Source: a virus (Duplodnaviria; Heunggongvirae; Uroviricota; Caudoviricetes). Taken from it: a DNA stretch of 26,321 nucleotides. Under the pieces are notes generated by a model that was not told the DNA's origin, did no database searches, and saw nothing but the letters and a program-made list of their open reading frames with translations. The DNA is taken from the IMG/VR virus record IMGVR_UViG_2671180458_000015; one strand, 5' to 3'. Shown here piece by piece: positions 1-9,513 of this stretch. Numbering within the stretch: position 1 is the first letter of the stretch; every line of letters starts with the position of its first letter. The position numbers were made by a program, and so were the translations under genes.

Positions 1-546
1 CTACGCACGTCCAACCAGGTGCTTCGCACTCCTGTACTTAAGACCGTTTTTACCAAGTCCCATATACAGAAAGGTGTTCACCGTCTTCGTGTTTATACCC
101 ATTTCACGGGCAAGATGGCAGGGCTTTGACTCCCGGTACACGTATCCAAACATCACCACCATCTCGGACATCGTCAGAGGTCGCGCATACGTATTATGTA
201 CCCACTCACCATTCCGGATTTTCCTGTACGTCTCCAGGCGCCCCGTAACATCTTCCGCATCAATCTGAAGATAACGGCGTCCCTGAAACATGCAGCACAT
301 CAGCCTGCCAAGGAGGGCATCACAGATTATCACCCATGACTCATCATGTGCCGGTACACTCTTCCTGTTCTCTGGTGTAAAAAATTCCCTCGCCAGTATT
401 ATCCTGTACCCCTCAAGCATCTGCTGCAGGCCATACTCCAGATAACGGTTGCGGGTCGCCAGAATCACTTTCATCGCTGCCACCTGTTTCATGCTCACAT
501 GAGAAAAAACGGCAGACAAAACTCCACGCCTGCCGTCATGCTTCAT
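1..546 (-). CDS. LuxR/GerE-type HTH transcriptional regulator-like protein (cargo gene); start uncertain
   Basis: Complete ORF with stop at 1..3. The C-terminal segment LTMSEMVVMFGYVYRESKPCHLAREMGINTKTVNTFLYMGLGKNGL resembles a LuxR-type helix-turn-helix. The N-terminus (MKVILATRN...) looks like a degenerate receiver domain without the acidic pocket. Candidate starts are at 546, 492 and 474; 474 has an AGGTGG-like RBS. Family call is from motif recognition only. Confidence 0.4.
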   Translation of the reverse strand: MKHDGRRGVLSAVFSHVSMKQVAAMKVILATRNRYLEYGLQQMLEGYRIILAREFFTPENRKSVPAHDESWVIICDALLGRLMCCMFQGRRYLQIDAEDVTGRLETYRKIRNGEWVHNTYARPLTMSEMVVMFGYVYRESKPCHLAREMGINTKTVNTFLYMGLGKNGLKYRSAKHLVGRA

Positions 547-560
547 GTCACTGTCAGCAA

Positions 561-1712
561 TTAAAACTCAAAGTTCACACCAGCGTTCCAGGATACATCG
601 CCATCGCTCGCTGCCACACCTGCTTTCGCTGCTGTCTGCTCATTGAAACGGTAACCAACACCCACGGCAACAGCCTGTTTGTCACTGTAACCACCAACGG
701 CAGCAGTGGCGTTGAATTTACCCACACTGTACGGCTGGAAAAGACCTGCCAGCGCTGCGCTCTGGGCTGCCGCACGTTTCATCTCTTCGTGGTTTTCATT
801 AATCTGACGCTGATGACTGTTCAGACGTGTGTTGTGCTCCTGCAACTGACGGGAAGTGGACTGAATAGCCTGTGTATTTTTAGTAACCCGGCGGTCAACA
901 CTACCAACAGTAGCATCAATACGGTCTGTTCTGCCGGACAAAGCTACAAGCCCATCATTAACAGCCAGGGTTTTGCTGGCTCCTTCTGCACGGGTCAGGG
1001 TTCCGTCGGAGTTAACACCAACTGTCGTTCTGGAGTCTGTATATTCACGAGACTTTTTCGCTTCAACCACAAGGCGGGTATTCGTATCCTGAGCCAGTTG
1101 CTCAACACTGTCTTTTACACGGTCAACCTGACGAACGGTTGCAGCATCTGAGGGACGAGTACCGTCACTCAGACCACCAAGCACCCGGGTTTTATAAGCC
1201 TTACCCGGCTCTGCTTCATAACCGATATAAACCTCATTGTCACGGGTTGTGCGTGAATTAGCTCCTAATGCAACACTGTTTTTATTTGTTACTGTTGCCT
1301 TTGCCCCTAACGCAGTACCTTCTGTTGCATCTTTATCAACTTTGGCTCGGTTACCTGCTGCCGTGCCATATGTAGCCGTGTTATCAACAAATGCAATGCT
1401 TCCCAGGGCTGTAGATGCATCTGCATAAGCATATGTTCCCCCACCTAAAGCCACACTTTGCTGTCCTCGTGCTGCAGACCATGATCCCACTGATGTTGCA
1501 ATTTCTTTATCCGCGCTGGCCCCTGTACCAACAGCTAGCGCAATCTCTCCATCCGCGCGAGCTGAAGCAGAAAGATCTGTATTTTCTGGGATACTCCCTG
1601 AGGCGATAAGCTTATTCTCCGATGCATCCTGAGCCAGAACGCCAGCGCTTACACCAAATAAAATACCGCCAATAACAACGGAAATAACACTTCGTGATAA
1701 AGACTTATCCAT
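561..1712 (-). CDS. Trimeric autotransporter adhesin, YadA/Eib-like (prophage-borne immunoglobulin-binding protein family candidate)
   Basis: 383 aa with an N-terminal signal peptide ([29 protein letters not shown]), a Thr/Ala/Gly/Ser-rich repetitive passenger, a coiled-coil stalk (…[40 protein letters not shown]) and a YadA-type C-terminal beta-barrel anchor ending GVNFEF. GGAG-type RBS upstream. Sits after the tail fibre genes, the usual cargo position. Confidence 0.7.
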   Translation of the reverse strand: MDKSLSRSVISVVIGGILFGVSAGVLAQDASENKLIASGSIPENTDLSASARADGEIALAVGTGASADKEIATSVGSWSAARGQQSVALGGGTYAYADASTALGSIAFVDNTATYGTAAGNRAKVDKDATEGTALGAKATVTNKNSVALGANSRTTRDNEVYIGYEAEPGKAYKTRVLGGLSDGTRPSDAATVRQVDRVKDSVEQLAQDTNTRLVVEAKKSREYTDSRTTVGVNSDGTLTRAEGASKTLAVNDGLVALSGRTDRIDATVGSVDRRVTKNTQAIQSTSRQLQEHNTRLNSHQRQINENHEEMKRAAAQSAALAGLFQPYSVGKFNATAAVGGYSDKQAVAVGVGYRFNEQTAAKAGVAASDGDVSWNAGVNFEF

Positions 1713-2086
1713 GTATGATTCCTCATGAATTTATTTGTATACAAACAAACCGAAATACATCGGATGAATAAAGAAAATCTGATGTATTTCGGCACCCATG
1801 AGGATATTCCTAAAAAACCCCACAAATTTAATTTTAATTTTTAGGAAATATCTTAGTGTATTTTTTACACCTTTACTCCAAATACTGGAGCACAAGGCAG
1901 AGCAATACTAAATAAAAAACTGATCTCATGCCGCTGAATATTTCACATCTGCTTACACTGTAATTTCTGAGCAACATCACAATATCATCAAAATTTAACT
2001 GTTTAGTTCAGCCATGATATTTCCCTGCGTAATTATTACGACTCTTTCAGTAAAAACAGAAAGGGACAATCCCTCTTTTCCACCAA

Positions 2087-2758
2087 TTACTCCTGTGCCC
2101 AGCCAACCCTGTATGCCAGGATCTCATCCGCACTGGTCAGCTTTTCCAGCTCCTTCTTCATGGTGCGCTGGCGAATGTGGATTTCCATCCCTTTAGTGAA
2201 CATCGCCTGCTCTGCCGCTTCACTCAGCGCAATAAGCTCTTCTGCTGTCACCGGCACATCATTGTTTTCCGCATCCGTCCAGAAAAACGCCTCCGGCAGT
2301 TTCCCCGCTTTCGCTGCAGCCACCGACGGCTCAAGACGCGTCTGCGTTGACTTCCCGTAGTCCCATTTACGCCCATTGTGCTCAAACGTGTAGTTCGCCG
2401 CTTCCATCGCATTACGCCAGGCGTTAATTTCATCGCCCTTCATCCCGCGCGCTTTCTCCGCGGTCAGCAGGTCCGTGATTTTCTCCCCGTCAAAACCCCA
2501 GCGCCCCGAGATGTCAGCTTTGCGGTTTTCTTCCGTATCTGCAACCTCTGCCACACTCTGGTTTACCGGCCACAGCATAGAGACATCCTTACTTATGCTG
2601 GTGATTATACCGTTACTGTCATAAACCAGCTTCAGCGTCTCCGCTGAAAATAACGACTGACACTCATACCAGTCCTGACCATCCTCTGATTTCAGGTACA
2701 TCGCACCCGGCACATCAGGTTTTTCAGGGGTATAGTGCTTCAGGTTTTTAATAATCAT
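2087..2758 (-). CDS. tfa: Tail fiber assembly protein (P2 gpG / Mu U-like N-terminal domain)
   Basis: N-terminus MIIKNLKHYTPEKP…SEDGQDWYE…LKLVYDSNGIITSISKDVSMLWP…VAEVADTEENRKADISGRWGFDGEKI parallels the conserved N-terminal region of P2 G-type tail fiber assembly proteins. Lies directly downstream of stf. Start at 2758 chosen for its GGAGAATAAT RBS; the six-frame ORF extends to 2806. Confidence 0.7.
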   Translation of the reverse strand: MIIKNLKHYTPEKPDVPGAMYLKSEDGQDWYECQSLFSAETLKLVYDSNGIITSISKDVSMLWPVNQSVAEVADTEENRKADISGRWGFDGEKITDLLTAEKARGMKGDEINAWRNAMEAANYTFEHNGRKWDYGKSTQTRLEPSVAAAKAGKLPEAFFWTDAENNDVPVTAEELIALSEAAEQAMFTKGMEIHIRQRTMKKELEKLTSADEILAYRVGWAQE

Positions 2759-2821
2759 ATTATTCTCCGTATTTAATGCCCGGTTGGGCATAATGGAACG
2801 CAACAACCAGTGTGAGTCACG

Positions 2822-4558
2822 TTATTCCGTTTTAATCGTTACCCACTGGCTTCCATTGTGAACCTGAAGAAAGCCATAAGTTACAGCAGTAATTTTGTAA
2901 GCCTGTGACCGGATATTCAGAATTACAGCACCATCAGGGACTATATTCATGCCGGGAATCGTTGGTTGTGCTCCATCCAGTGACGGGAAAGTAATCACCT
3001 CATGGTGTGCGACTTCTTTCTTCCCTCCGATACGCAGCCCACTAACCAGCGAAGTTGCGCCATCTTTCCCCGGAGGCCCCATCGGTCCCGGTTCACCGCG
3101 CTCACCTTTGGGACCTGCCAGACCTGCTGGACCTGCTTCTCCCGGATCGCCTTTGTCACCTTTTGGCCCCTGTGCGCCTGCCGGGCCAGCAGCTCCCGTA
3201 TCCCCTTTAGGTCCCTGCGGTCCTGCTGGACCTGCTGGCCCCGTGTCCCCTTTCTCTCCTTTCGGACCGGGAACACCACCTCCTGCTGCAGCCTCTTCTG
3301 CCTTTGTTTTCGCTTCATTTGCCACATCCATTGCCGCCTTCACGGCCTTCGGCGTGGCTGCCTTTGTTTCGTCATTACTGTCAGTATCACTGCTTAACTG
3401 CACCACACCTTTCTGCGTCGTGCTGGCATCCCGCTGGCTGACCGTATCCGGTTTGTTTTTTGTGCTGTAATCCACCCGCCAGTGGAAATACTGTGTGTCG
3501 CCGTAAACCGTACAGGTACAGACCGTGCCATTAATAAACCCCGTTGCACCGTATTCGCCAATGGTGACCCGGACTATGGCAGCCTCATACGTTCCCATCA
3601 CCTCAATGACACAGCCACCCAGATTGAGTTTTCCCGGCCCGACATCCGTGATGACTTTATTGAATCCCGCAGGCAGTGATGCCTTCATCATCCAGTAAGG
3701 CTGGTCAAATGCCCCTTTTTCTTTCAGCCAGGCGACAAACTCACTCGTGGTCCATTCACCGGCCCCCGTATGAATGTCCCGCCCGTATACTCTGGCTGCT
3801 CCCACGGTGTTCAGAAACTTCACCTTATCCGGGATATCGTCACCGTTTTTCGCTTTCTCCAGGCATCCGTCCGCTTTGTCCATTGCCGCTTTCACCGCTT
3901 TCGGGGTGGCTGCCTTCGTTTCATCATCACTGTCCGTTGCGCTGCTTAACTGCACAATTCCCTTCTGTGCCGTCGTCGCATCCGGCCCTCCCGGCTCACC
4001 TTTTTCGCCCTTCTCTCCCCGCTCACCTTTCACACCCTGAAGCCCCTGTGGTCCTGTCTCACCACGCTCACCCTTTGGCCCCCGCTCGCCGGTATCGCCT
4101 TTTGGCCCGGGAATACCCTGTGGCCCCGTGTCTCCCTTATCCCCCTTCGGTCCCCTCGCATTCTCTGCCCGTTTCTTCGCTTCCTCTGCACTCGCCGCTG
4201 ACGCTTCCGCACGTTTCAGGATTTCCGCGGCCACCGCTTCCAGCTCTGCAAGGGCTTTCGGGTAATACTGTGCATCCTCCAGGTCCATCAGAAATTTATT
4301 CAGCGTTCCCGGTGCCGAATCCGCCTTCACCAGAATGTCACCCACATATGACGGCGCGTACCCTTCCGTGTTCAGCGTCACCCGGTACAACCCCGGCTCA
4401 ACATCCATACTGTAACTGCCGGTTTCCCCCGGCTGACCATACGCCACCGTGGTGACAATCACCGTCTCCGTTGTGCGGCGCGCTTTCAGCTCTATCGTGC
4501 ATCCCGGTACCGGTTTTCCCGTACCATCCTTCAGCACACCCGATATTCTGACTGTCAT
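2822..4558 (-). CDS. stf: Side tail fiber protein (lambda Stf-like) with collagen-like Gly-X-Y repeats
   Basis: N-terminus [28 protein letters not shown] matches the lambda Stf N-terminus ([17 protein letters not shown]…LKARR). Two blocks of GXY collagen-like repeats and two copies of the tail-fibre repeat motif (KGIVQLSS…[15 protein letters not shown]). Confidence 0.85.
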   Translation of the reverse strand: MTVRISGVLKDGTGKPVPGCTIELKARRTTETVIVTTVAYGQPGETGSYSMDVEPGLYRVTLNTEGYAPSYVGDILVKADSAPGTLNKFLMDLEDAQYYPKALAELEAVAAEILKRAEASAASAEEAKKRAENARGPKGDKGDTGPQGIPGPKGDTGERGPKGERGETGPQGLQGVKGERGEKGEKGEPGGPDATTAQKGIVQLSSATDSDDETKAATPKAVKAAMDKADGCLEKAKNGDDIPDKVKFLNTVGAARVYGRDIHTGAGEWTTSEFVAWLKEKGAFDQPYWMMKASLPAGFNKVITDVGPGKLNLGGCVIEVMGTYEAAIVRVTIGEYGATGFINGTVCTCTVYGDTQYFHWRVDYSTKNKPDTVSQRDASTTQKGVVQLSSDTDSNDETKAATPKAVKAAMDVANEAKTKAEEAAAGGGVPGPKGEKGDTGPAGPAGPQGPKGDTGAAGPAGAQGPKGDKGDPGEAGPAGLAGPKGERGEPGPMGPPGKDGATSLVSGLRIGGKKEVAHHEVITFPSLDGAQPTIPGMNIVPDGAVILNIRSQAYKITAVTYGFLQVHNGSQWVTIKTE

Positions 4559-4571
4559 GGATTTCCCCCAT

Positions 4572-4606
4572 AAAAAAAACCGCAGTACCGGTTTCCCGGC
4601 CTGCGG
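4572..4606 (-). terminator. Intrinsic terminator downstream of the hok-like ORF, immediately upstream of the stf RBS
   Basis: On the minus strand: stem CCGCAG / CTGCGG enclosing an inner CCGG hairpin, followed by UUUUUUUU, then the GGGGGA RBS and stf ATG at 4558. Confidence 0.6.
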
Positions 4607-4701
4607 TAAAATTTGCGGTTTGTTGGTGTTAAAACGGTGCCATCCGGCTGACCACCCTCAGCAACCGGTCGGCGGGGGATATTCTCCCCCGCCACGGTTT
4701 C

Positions 4702-4842
4702 TTACTGCTTACACTGTAAGAACGCCGCAATCTCCGCGCCCGCTATCCGGAACCGGAACTCGCACAGTGAAGTGTGGGTGATCCAGATAATGAGCACTAC
4801 CGTGATACAAATCACGGTGGTTTTTAACGGTTTTTGCGACAT
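4702..4842 (-). CDS. Hok/Gef-family type I toxin (small membrane toxin), not in the ORF track
   Basis: Hand translation of the minus strand gives a 46-aa ORF, MSQKPLKTTVICITVVLIIWITHTSLCEFRFRIAGAEIAAFLQCKQ, with AAGGAG RBS 9 nt upstream of the ATG. One TM helix followed by the Hok family signature (SLCE.R.R…E.AAF), most similar to HokA/HokB-type sequences. Stop TAA at 4702..4704. Confidence 0.7.
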   Translation of the reverse strand: MSQKPLKTTVICITVVLIIWITHTSLCEFRFRIAGAEIAAFLQCKQ

Positions 4843-5043
4843 AAACGCTTGCTCCTTTTACGGAGAGGCGCTAACCTTTCACTTGCTTAGGATGAATGGT
4901 CAGGCCTCGGGTTAAACATGAATGTTTGTCCGGGGCCTTTTCACATCCGGCCTTCAGGTGTTCCCTCCGGCCATCAGCCAAAGGCACCCGCGCATACTGT
5001 ACGGTTTTTGTCTCCTTCCGGCAATCCGTATTCCGGCTGCCTG

Positions 5044-8000
5044 TCACGATCTCCGGGTAAAACCGGAATCTGTCGATTTCGCCACCATGAGAGTAAAGGC
5101 GTCATATCTCCACCGCACCAGCTCTCTCTTTCTCCCTTCCACATCCCCCATATTGCCAGGACCACCTTCAACTCTCATTGTCACTGTAATCCGTGTATCT
5201 CCCCCTCCTGCCACCACATCCCATACTCCTGAAACGGTGTCCCCGAGGTTGGTGTACGTGTTAACAGCATTGCCATTTCTGTCAAAACGACCTGAAAAAC
5301 CCGTATCAGCAATTCTCGGTTCTGCCTTAATGACAACTCTTCCGTTAATCTCTATCGTCAGTGTTCCTGAATAGAAAAAGAAGGGAAGGAGTATCAGCTT
5401 GCGATCAAACGAAACATCATCAGCAAGAGATACCTCCGCCTTAAAGATGACATAACCCTCTCCATACTTGTGGTTCGTAATATGGAGCGTGCCATCACGA
5501 GGTTCGAAGGAATAGCCCTTGACGATATCACCGATGATTCTGTCTGCGCTAATGGTTCCTTTAACAACGCAGTTTTCTGCAATGGTCACGTTATTCAGCG
5601 TGCCCGAGTTCGCACTGATATGTCCGCTGATGTCAGCATTGCGGGCCGTCAGCCTGCCCTCCGGCGTCAGGGAGAACGTCGGGGGATTGCCGGACGAGGT
5701 GATGCTTACTGCAAACAGTCGCTTCAGGAACACATCGTTCATGAACAGCTGATTCCCCTGCGCCACAAACAGCGGCGTGGTGTTGCCGTTCTCCGGGTTA
5801 ATCATCGCGATACGGTCCGCCTGCAGCAGTATATTGCTCAGGGGCTGGCCATCAGCATCCTCAATCCCCGCACCTATACCGGCAACATACGGAATGCCGT
5901 TTTTTGTTTTCTGCACCTTCAGCATGTACAGCGCAGCCAGGTCGTTATTTGTGTCTGTCTGCACCCGCTGTATCTGCTGTATGGTGGCGCTCTGGTCTTC
6001 CAGGGTTTTACTGACCGTCTGCGTGATTTCATTGCGGGTTTCTGTGATGGTGGTCTTCATCTCCGCCATCTCATCGTCAAGCTGGCTGTTATCAATCAGC
6101 TCCCACATCCCCTGTGCCAGATGTGTCTTCCCGATTTCTCCTCTGAAAAAGTCCAGATACCCTTCCGCATCATTGCTCGCCCGGCCACTGGCTTCCACAA
6201 ACGCAGATTTCCCCACCAGGTTGACGCTGCGCACATAAAACCAGAAATCCTTCCCCGGCTTAATGTGCGGGCCGGAGACACTCCACTGGCTGCCTGTCCC
6301 CAGATAACGGGCAAAGGTTTCCACCTGTGCCATGTCCGTGATGCGTTTTTCTGAGAACCAGAATTCAGACTGTACCGTCGGGTCATACACCGCCAGCACC
6401 GGTACTGCTGTTATCTGATAATACCCCGACGTCAGCTCAATGCTGTCCGGTGCTGCCGGGGCGTTAATCCGGAACGTGGTGGTGGCAGGTTCGCCCTGCT
6501 GGCCGTAGCTGTTTATCGCCCTGACCGTCAGGGTGTATTCCCCCAGAGGCAGGCCACTGAAACGGTGCTCCGTGTCGGCAGTGATGGCGCTGGTCACCAG
6601 GCGGCTGTTTTCACCACTGCCACTGGTCAGGCGCAGACTGAAGCGCACGCCCTTCACCACCCGCGGCGTGTCCCATTTCGCCAGCGCCAGATACTGGCCG
6701 TCTGAGGCACTCACCTCCACCGTGAGGTGCTGCACTGCCGGCGGGATGACGCTGTTCAGTGAGCCGGACATCGGCTCAAAGCGGGCCCCGTTATCCACGA
6801 TGGCTTCTTTTTCCGGTACGTGCTGCACTGCCGTGATGGCAAAGGTGCCGTCCGTGTTTTCCCGGATGGAAACACAGCGGAACAGGCGACGACGCAGTGA
6901 CGGCAGGGAGAGTCCCCACACACCGTATGTCGCCACGCCATCAGGCAGAATGCTGACCTGTATCCGGTCAGGGGCGGGTTGTGCAGTGATGTCCACGCGC
7001 ACCGGCTTACCGCTGCCGTTAATCAGGTTCACCGTCGATGTCCCTGTTTCCGGCAGTGTCACCTCACGGTCCAGCGTCAGGGTACGGCTGGCGGCATCGA
7101 TGGACAGGATACGTCCGCCGGTCAGGGTCCCGGCATAGTCGTTATCACAGATTTCAATGATGTCACCGGGCGTGTGCCGCAGCCCCTGTGACCCGAGCGT
7201 GAAATCCACCGTCTGCGTTTCCAGCAGTTCTGTCTTTATCACCCACAGTCCGGCACGGTGGGCCTGACCGCGGCTGGTACAGCCAAACGCATCCATCTTC
7301 AGCAGATTGCGCCCGTAGCGCAGGATGGCGTCCGGGTCTTCCACCAGTTCAGTGGAAGTCTGCCAGCCGTTCTGCGGGTCGGTGTAATTCACCTCCACCG
7401 CCGTGTGCCGGTCCTTCAGGGCACTGAAGCTGTAGCGGAACCCCACGCCGTTATCATCCACCACCACATCGCTGTTGGTGTACGGCCACACCACATCCGA
7501 CGGACGGTCCTGAACGAACGTCAGCGTCTGGCCGTTCCATACCGGCATACAGCGCATCGCCGAGCAGAAATCCCCCAGGACATCCCACACCTTACGCTGC
7601 TGTGACAGGTACGCATTAAAGGTCATCCGCGGCTCTGTGCCCCCGAAACCATCCGGGACCGTCTGGTCGCAGTACTGCCCGATGGCATACAGAGCCCACT
7701 TGTCCACATCCGCCGCCCCCAGGCGTTTTCCCATGCCGTAGCGCGGGTGGGTCAGCATGTCCCACAGGCACCAGGCCGGGTTATTGCTGTATGCCGGTTT
7801 CAGGCTGCCGTCCCAGATACCGCTGTAGGTGCGTTTTTCCGGGTCATAGTTTGACGGCACCTGAATGATGCGACCGCGGATATGGTAGTTCACCACCATC
7901 TGCTGGCCACCGAACTGCTCCGCATCCACCTGCAGCCCCACAATGGCCGTGTTCGGGTAGCACTGTTTCACATCGATGATTTCGGTGTATGACGACCACA

Positions 8001-8592
8001 GCGTTCTGTTCTGCAGCTGGTCCGTGGTGCTGTCCGCCGTCTCCCTGACCATCCGGATGTTAAAGGGGCGCTCAGGGAGATTATTCAGAATCACCGACGT
8101 CAGGTACTGCGAGGTAGTCTTGCCGTTAATGGTGATATCCTTCTCCGTCACCCAGTTACCGTTACGCTCAAGCTGAATCAGCAGGCGGACAGAAGAGGGG
8201 TTACGGTCACCCTTTGAGGTGGTCTCCACCAGTGACTGCACCCCGAAGGTGACCCGCAGACGGTCAATGTTCGCTGACGTGATGGTGCGCGTCACCGGCT
8301 TTGCCTTCGTCACCTCCACGCCCAGTGCGGTTTCCGCCCCGGAGGACTCAAAGCCTTCCGGCGGTGTCTGCTCCTGCTCCCCGGCACGCCAGACGGCGGT
8401 CACACCGTGTATCACGGGATTACCGTCCGTGTCCGTCAGCGGGGTTTTGTTCACCAGAATACTCTGCAGTCCCTTCACCGGACCTTCCACCGGTCCCTCA
8501 CCAATGGCATCAATCACGCTCATCATCTGCGTGGATTTGAGATTGTCCTTCGCCTCACGCGGTGTGTGCCCCTTGCCGCCCCCTTTACCCAC
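5044..8592 (-). CDS. J: Tail tip / host specificity protein J (central tail fibre)
   Basis: Strong collinear similarity to lambda gpJ through most of its length ([21 protein letters not shown]…, FN3-like region, …[13 protein letters not shown]). Probable GTG start at 8592 preceded by AGGAGA; the six-frame ORF extends to 8643. The C-terminal ~150 aa are unlike lambda J. Confidence 0.93.
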   Translation of the reverse strand: MGKGGGKGHTPREAKDNLKSTQMMSVIDAIGEGPVEGPVKGLQSILVNKTPLTDTDGNPVIHGVTAVWRAGEQEQTPPEGFESSGAETALGVEVTKAKPVTRTITSANIDRLRVTFGVQSLVETTSKGDRNPSSVRLLIQLERNGNWVTEKDITINGKTTSQYLTSVILNNLPERPFNIRMVRETADSTTDQLQNRTLWSSYTEIIDVKQCYPNTAIVGLQVDAEQFGGQQMVVNYHIRGRIIQVPSNYDPEKRTYSGIWDGSLKPAYSNNPAWCLWDMLTHPRYGMGKRLGAADVDKWALYAIGQYCDQTVPDGFGGTEPRMTFNAYLSQQRKVWDVLGDFCSAMRCMPVWNGQTLTFVQDRPSDVVWPYTNSDVVVDDNGVGFRYSFSALKDRHTAVEVNYTDPQNGWQTSTELVEDPDAILRYGRNLLKMDAFGCTSRGQAHRAGLWVIKTELLETQTVDFTLGSQGLRHTPGDIIEICDNDYAGTLTGGRILSIDAASRTLTLDREVTLPETGTSTVNLINGSGKPVRVDITAQPAPDRIQVSILPDGVATYGVWGLSLPSLRRRLFRCVSIRENTDGTFAITAVQHVPEKEAIVDNGARFEPMSGSLNSVIPPAVQHLTVEVSASDGQYLALAKWDTPRVVKGVRFSLRLTSGSGENSRLVTSAITADTEHRFSGLPLGEYTLTVRAINSYGQQGEPATTTFRINAPAAPDSIELTSGYYQITAVPVLAVYDPTVQSEFWFSEKRITDMAQVETFARYLGTGSQWSVSGPHIKPGKDFWFYVRSVNLVGKSAFVEASGRASNDAEGYLDFFRGEIGKTHLAQGMWELIDNSQLDDEMAEMKTTITETRNEITQTVSKTLEDQSATIQQIQRVQTDTNNDLAALYMLKVQKTKNGIPYVAGIGAGIEDADGQPLSNILLQADRIAMINPENGNTTPLFVAQGNQLFMNDVFLKRLFAVSITSSGNPPTFSLTPEGRLTARNADISGHISANSGTLNNVTIAENCVVKGTISADRIIGDIVKGYSFEPRDGTLHITNHKYGEGYVIFKAEVSLADDVSFDRKLILLPFFFYSGTLTIEINGRVVIKAEPRIADTGFSGRFDRNGNAVNTYTNLGDTVSGVWDVVAGGGDTRITVTMRVEGGPGNMGDVEGRKRELVRWRYDAFTLMVAKSTDSGFTRRS

Positions 8593-8630
8593 TCTGTCCC
8601 CCTCTCCTGTCTGATGTCTGAATCTGTTTA

Positions 8631-8667
8631 TGCCCAAAAACAACAGGCACCCCGGAGGGTGCCTGTG
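8631..8667 (-). terminator. Intrinsic terminator-like hairpin about 40 nt upstream of the J start
   Basis: On the minus strand: 10-bp stem ACAGGCACCC / GGGTGCCTGT with a 4-nt loop, followed by UGUUUUUUGGG. Confidence 0.5.
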
Positions 8668-8795
8668 TCATGACGGAATAAAATTTCTGAAACTCTTCAC
8701 ATTTCCGGCAATTGCCTGTAGCCGCAATAATGACGCTGCGTTACTTTTTTGATGCCTGAAAAATAACTCCATAAAGTTAATCTTCATCGTTCTCT

Positions 8796-8828
8796 CCCGC
8801 AGCTCCGCTAACTCTGCGGGATTTTTTT
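8796..8828 (+). terminator. Intrinsic terminator on the plus strand in the I-J spacer
   Basis: Plus strand: stem CCCGCAG / CTGCGGG with an 11-nt loop (8796..8820), followed by ATTTTTTTATTTT. The minus-strand reading has no U-tract. Confidence 0.5.
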
Positions 8829-8832
8829 ATTT

Positions 8833-9513
8833 TCATCCCCGCCCGATAACCACCACTTTCCCGTCACCACCCTCATCACGGGTGCTGATGTCCTGGGATA
8901 TCCGTCGTGAACCAACCAGCATTTCACCGTAAGGCACCGGCATCGGGTTACCCTGAGCAATCATGTTGTCCAGTGACGAAAAATACGTGTTCTGTTTACC
9001 GTTATCCGTACTTTTGTATTCCGGCGTCTTTGCCTTCGGGGCCAGCATCTGGGCCACACCACCCAGAATCATGCTGGCCCCCAGTGAGAACAGCATCGTG
9101 GTGGCAGTCAGCCCTCCGGCACTCAGGGCTGCGCCCCATGCCGCCAGTGTTGCACCACCAGTGAAAAATGACCCGACAATCGCTGCAACCCCCAGCACAA
9201 CCTGAAAAACACCATTTCCCCCGGCCCCTGCCAGCCGCGGTACAATATGAATCACGGCCCTCCCGCTCAGTGGCTCATGAAGACGGGCATACACCGCCTC
9301 CGGCGCGGTATCCTCACCGGCAATACGTATCTGATACCAGCCTTCGTTCATCTGACAGCGGAATCCCGGCACCTGCAGCGACAGGGCACGGATGGCCTCC
9401 GCTGCCGTGTTCACATACAGGCTGATGCGGCGACCAAATCGTTGTAAATCCCCGTGAAGGCAGATGCGGACCAGTGGCGGTGACGCCAGACAGAATGCGT
9501 TCGTCGTTGCCAT
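8833..9513 (-). CDS. I: Tail assembly protein I
   Basis: Collinear similarity to lambda gpI (…RICLHGDLQRFGRRI…AVIHIVPR…NGKQNTYFSSLDNM…VVVIGR). Overlaps the 3' end of K as in lambda. Confidence 0.9.
   Translation of the reverse strand: MATTNAFCLASPPLVRICLHGDLQRFGRRISLYVNTAAEAIRALSLQVPGFRCQMNEGWYQIRIAGEDTAPEAVYARLHEPLSGRAVIHIVPRLAGAGGNGVFQVVLGVAAIVGSFFTGGATLAAWGAALSAGGLTATTMLFSLGASMILGGVAQMLAPKAKTPEYKSTDNGKQNTYFSSLDNMIAQGNPMPVPYGEMLVGSRRISQDISTRDEGGDGKVVVIGRG

Noticed and set aside
2949-4455. Plus-strand Pro/Ser/Ala-rich ORFs (2949..3470, 3002..3397, 3676..4455, 3774..4040)
   Set aside because: Antisense to the collagen-repeat region of stf; the Gly-X-Y codon repeats produce open frames on the other strand.
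5470-6354. 294-aa plus-strand ORF, with others at 5519..5752, 5777..6238, 6533..7138 and 7258..7605
   Set aside because: All lie antisense to J, which has strong collinear similarity to lambda J. No RBS context and no recognisable motifs; read as antisense shadows in GC-rich coding sequence.
8698-8787. 29-aa ORF in the I-J spacer with a good RBS
   Set aside because: Very short and not hydrophobic, with no recognisable family; kept only as part of the I-J island finding, not as a gene call.
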